Shown here piece by piece: positions 60,412 to 64,000 of a stretch of DNA of 64,000 nt. How positions within the stretch are numbered: position 1 is the stretch's first letter; every line of letters begins with the position of its first letter. This DNA is from the human T2T-CHM13v2.0 reference genome, Homo sapiens, in NCBI RefSeq assembly GCF_009914755.1, contig NC_060931.1; one strand, given 5' to 3'. The position numbers and the translations under genes were made by a program. The notes under the pieces are model-generated. The model did no database searches. It saw only the letters and a list, made by a program, of their open reading frames with translations, and was not told the DNA's origin.

Positions 60412-60862
60412 AACTATTCACAATAGCAAAGTCATGGAAGCAAGCTAGGTGACCATCATTGGTGGATTAGATAAAGAAAATGTGGTACATATACCCCATG
60501 GAATACTATAGAGCCATAAAAAACAACAAAATCATGTATTTTGCATAAACATGGATGTAGCTGGAGGCTATTTTCCTAAGCAAAGTAACACTGGAACAGA
60601 AAACCAAATACCGTATGTTCTTACTTATAAATGGCAGCTAAACATTGGGTACTCATGGAATTAAAGATGGCAACAATAGACACTACAGACTATTAGAAAG
60701 GAAAGGGAAAAGCAGGGGCAAGGGTTGAAAAACTGTTGGGTACTATGGTCAGTACCTGGGTGATGGGATCATTCATATCCCAAACCTCAGCATCATACAA
60801 TATGCCCAGATAACAAACGTACAAATGTACCCCAATCTAAAAGTTGAAAAATTAAAATAAGA
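60412..60862 (+). mobile_element. L1PA16/PB-like 3' end
   Basis: gctaaacattgggtactcatgg..taaagatggcaacaatagacact, tacctgggtgatgggatc, caaacctcagcatcatacaatat. Confidence 0.85.
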
Positions 60863-60899
60863 AAACACCCTGAATATTAAAAATCACCCTGCCTATATC

Positions 60900-61960
60900 A
60901 TACTCCAGATTTACGGGTCTCCTTCCCATCAACCTCCAGTCTGCTTCTGTGCTAATGCTAATCCTTCTCTACTGGCTGTACCTTCTCAGTTTCATCCTCA
61001 AATGCTTCTCACTCTGCTTGCTTCTTAAATGCTGTTGTTTCCCTAAGCACTCTCCTCAACACAGTGCTCTTGCTATATGCTCAGAGCCTAAGTGACCTCA
61101 TCAACATCAATGGCTTCAATTACCTCTTATGTACTCATGGCTCCCAAGTTGTCTCTCAGCTGCACTCCTGTACATCCACCTGTCTTCAGGAGAGCACTGT
61201 TTGTGTGTGCCCAGGGTACTATAAACTCAGGATGTCCAATGCTGAACTCATCCTATTTCCCGCCCCCACCACCACCTCCTCCTTTTCCTTCTCTCAATTT
61301 TTTTATCTCAATAAAAGACAGCAGCATCTACTCAGACCAAAAACTTATAAGTCATGGTAGACTGAAATGTATCACTCGGTTGCAGACTCCTGAAAATAAG
61401 ATGTCTTTAATAGCTGTAAAATCCATCTATTCTCTCCCTCTCCATTCATACTGTCATGTGTTTAGTTCTGTTAGTTATTTTCTCCCCGTGAGAGAGGCAA
61501 GAGTCTCCTAACTGATCTTCCTGCGTCCAATGTGATTTCCCTTTTATGTTCCTTCATTTGCCAACAGAATAATCTTTCTAATTTGATGTTAATAGCGCTT
61601 CATAGCTTGCCTCGCAAGACCTTCAGTCTCTGACACTTCTGCCACCACCACCCACGTGCCCTTCAAGTTGGCCCTTGAAATTATAATATTATTTAATTCC
61701 TCTTTGATGTTATACATGTTATTTTCTTTGACTGAGATGTGGTGGTCTCTGTGCATCCTGTAAAGCACTACTATAAATCCTTCCAAACTCAGCTGAAACA
61801 TCACTTGCTCTGACACCAGAGTTTCTTTAGTCTGATTTAGTTGCCTCTTCTCTGTGCTTCTATACAGCCCTGTGAATGACTCCATCACAGCACTTAACCC
61901 ATCTGTACTATCATCATAGACTATCCTATAATTTTTTCCTGTGAGATACATGCTAGATGA
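60900..61960. mobile_element. L2 LINE, fragmented
   Basis: tggcttcaattacctcttatgtactcatggctcccaa, aaactcaggatgtccaatgctgaactcat, aaactcagctgaaacatcac. Confidence 0.7.
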
Positions 61961-62446
61961 GCTAATAAACATATGAATGGCAACTGAAAAAGAAGTAACA
62001 GAGAATGAATAGTCATGAAATATCTAAAACACACTCTTAGAACCAAGAATACCAATCCAAGTGCAAGAATTCTTGGTCACTTTGTAGCTGCTTCCATATT
62101 TTTCTCAAACACCTGAAAGCCTTCATATATTGTAATGATTTAATAAGGTATTATGTACCAAACATTCTTTTTGGAAATTAAGATGTATTACAGTTTGATA
62201 TGTTAAGGGAGGTAATTCCATATACCTTTTTAGGGACTAAATAATTGCTTTCTCTGGATATTACATATCTCAAAACACACAGATAAGAAAAAGTCTAGGG
62301 AAATATATATTATCCTTATTATACTAAAAGCTTGTATACATAACGATGCAAACACCTAAATAGGAAATCTCACAAAAAGTGAAATACAAAAAGCTAAGTG
62401 ACACGAAAAATATTGACCTTCATGAGTGATTAAAGAAATGCACATG

Positions 62447-63670
62447 TTAGGTCACAAAATAAGTCTTAATACATTCAAAAGACTGAAACAATATCAAGCA
62501 GCTTCTCTGGCCACAGTGGAATAAAACTAGAAATTAATAATAAGAGCAATTTTGGAAACTATACAAATACATGAAAATTAAACAATATGCTCCTGAATGA
62601 CCAGTGGGTCAATGAAGAAATTGAGAAGAAAATTGAAAAATTCCTTGAAACAAATGGTAATGGAAACACAACATACCAAAACTTATGGGATACAACAAAA
62701 GCAGTATTAAGAGGGAAGTTTATAGCTATAAGTGTCTACATCAAAAAAGAAAAAAAACTTTAAATAAACAATCTAATGATGTATCTTAATGAACCAGAAA
62801 AGCAAGAGCAAACCAAACCCAAAATTAATAGAAAATAATAAAAATCACAGAAATAAATGAAATGAAGAAAATACAAACGATCAATGAAACAAAAAGTTAG
62901 TTTTTTGAAAAGTTAAACAAAATTGACAAAACTTTAGCTAGACTAAGAAAAAAAGAAGATACAAATAAATAAAATCAGAAATGAAAAAGAAGACATTACA
63001 ACTGATACTGCAGAAATGCAAAGGATCATTAGAGGCTACTATGAGTAACTATACGCCAACCAACTGGAAAACCTAAAAGAAGTGGACTAATTCCTAGACT
63101 CATACAACCTACCGAGACTAAACCAGGAAGAAGTCCAAAACCTGAACAGACCAATACCAATGAAATCAAAGCCACAATAAAAAGTCTCCCAGTAAAGAAA
63201 AGCCTGGGACCCAATGGCTTCACTGCTGAATCCTACCAAACATTTCAAGAAGAACTAATCTCGGTCCAACTCAAGCTATTCTGAAAACCCAAGAGGAGAG
63301 AATACTTCCAAACTCATTCTACAAGGCTAATATTACCCTGATACCAAAACCAGACAAAGACACATAATAAAAAAAACTACAGGCCAATATCTCTGACGAA
63401 TACTGATGTAAAAATCCTCAACAAAATACTAGCAAAATGAATTCAACAACACATTAGAAGGATCATTCATCATGACCAAGTGAGATTTATCCCTGGGATG
63501 CAAGGATAATTCAACATACGCAAATAAATCAATGTGATACATTGGATCAACAGAATGAAGGATAAAAGCTACAAGATCATTTCAATTGATGCTGAAAAAG
63601 CATTTAATAAATTTCAACATCCCTTTATGATAAAAAAAAATTTAAAAACTAGGTATAGAAGGAACATACC
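62447..63670 (+). mobile_element. Older L1 (L1PB/MA-type) ORF2 fragment
   Basis: aacaatatgctcctgaatgaccagtgggtc, actacaggccaatatctctgacgaa, [12 protein letters not shown]; many stops. Confidence 0.9.
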
Positions 63671-64000
63671 GAGGGAGGAGCCAAGATGGCCGAATAGGAA
63701 CAGCTCTGGTCTACAGCTCCCAGCGTGAGCGACGCAGAAGACGGGTGATTTCTGCATTTCCATCTGAGGTACCGGGTTCATCTCACTAGGGAGTGCCAGA
63801 CAGAGGGCGCAGGTCAGTGGGTGCGCGCACCGTGCACGAGCCAAAGCAGGGTGAGGCATTGCCTCACTCGGGAAGCGCAAGGGGTCAGGGAGTTCCCTTT
63901 CCTAGTCAAAGAAAGGGGTGACGGACGGCACCTGGAAAATCGGGTCACTCCCACTCGAATACTGCGCTTTTCCGACGGGCTTAAAACACGGCGCACCACA
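63671..64000 (+). mobile_element. 5' end of a young L1PA2-like (PA2/PA3) element, continuing beyond the window
   Basis: gggaggagccaagatggccgaataggaacagc; gcaggtcagtgggtgcgcgcacc, ttcctagtcaaag, ccgacgggcttaaa (not the L1HS states); CpG-rich. Confidence 0.93.
63680..63692 (+). promoter_or_regulatory. Intact YY1 site of the L1 internal promoter
   Basis: gccaagatggccg at the L1 5' terminus. Confidence 0.8.

Noticed and set aside
61064-61972. ORFs of 98-139 aa
   Set aside because: They lie within decayed L2 sequence and show no coding signature.

Overview
Human genomic DNA: AT-rich, CpG-depleted and repeat-dense, with an Alu carrying all five AluYa5 diagnostic positions. I recognise no intact protein-coding gene, RNA gene or CRISPR-like system; the longer ORFs are L1 or Alu remnants and the rest look like chance ORFs. 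The window looks like the intronic interior of an unidentified minus-strand spliced transcript. Candidate exons with AG/GT boundaries lie at about 55.6, 50.8, 40.7, 28.6, 13.5 and 12.65 kb, and most L1s lie antisense to them. Main elements: a full-length decayed L1PA6-like element (5.6-12.3 kb) with two younger nested insertions and no target-site duplication (TSD), a twin-primed 5'-inverted L1PA4-like element (46.0-48.8 kb), the CpG-rich 5' end of an L1PA2-like element at the right edge, 13 Alu/FLAM elements, several solo LTRs, DNA-transposon relics and L2/MIR/L3 fossils. The best lead is a hypothesis: the L1PA2 antisense promoter, ORF0 and splice donor point into the chain of minus-strand candidate exons. 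Several template-switch scars also stand out. Subfamily calls are from recalled consensus sequences and need RepeatMasker/Dfam confirmation; boundaries of old repeats are approximate.
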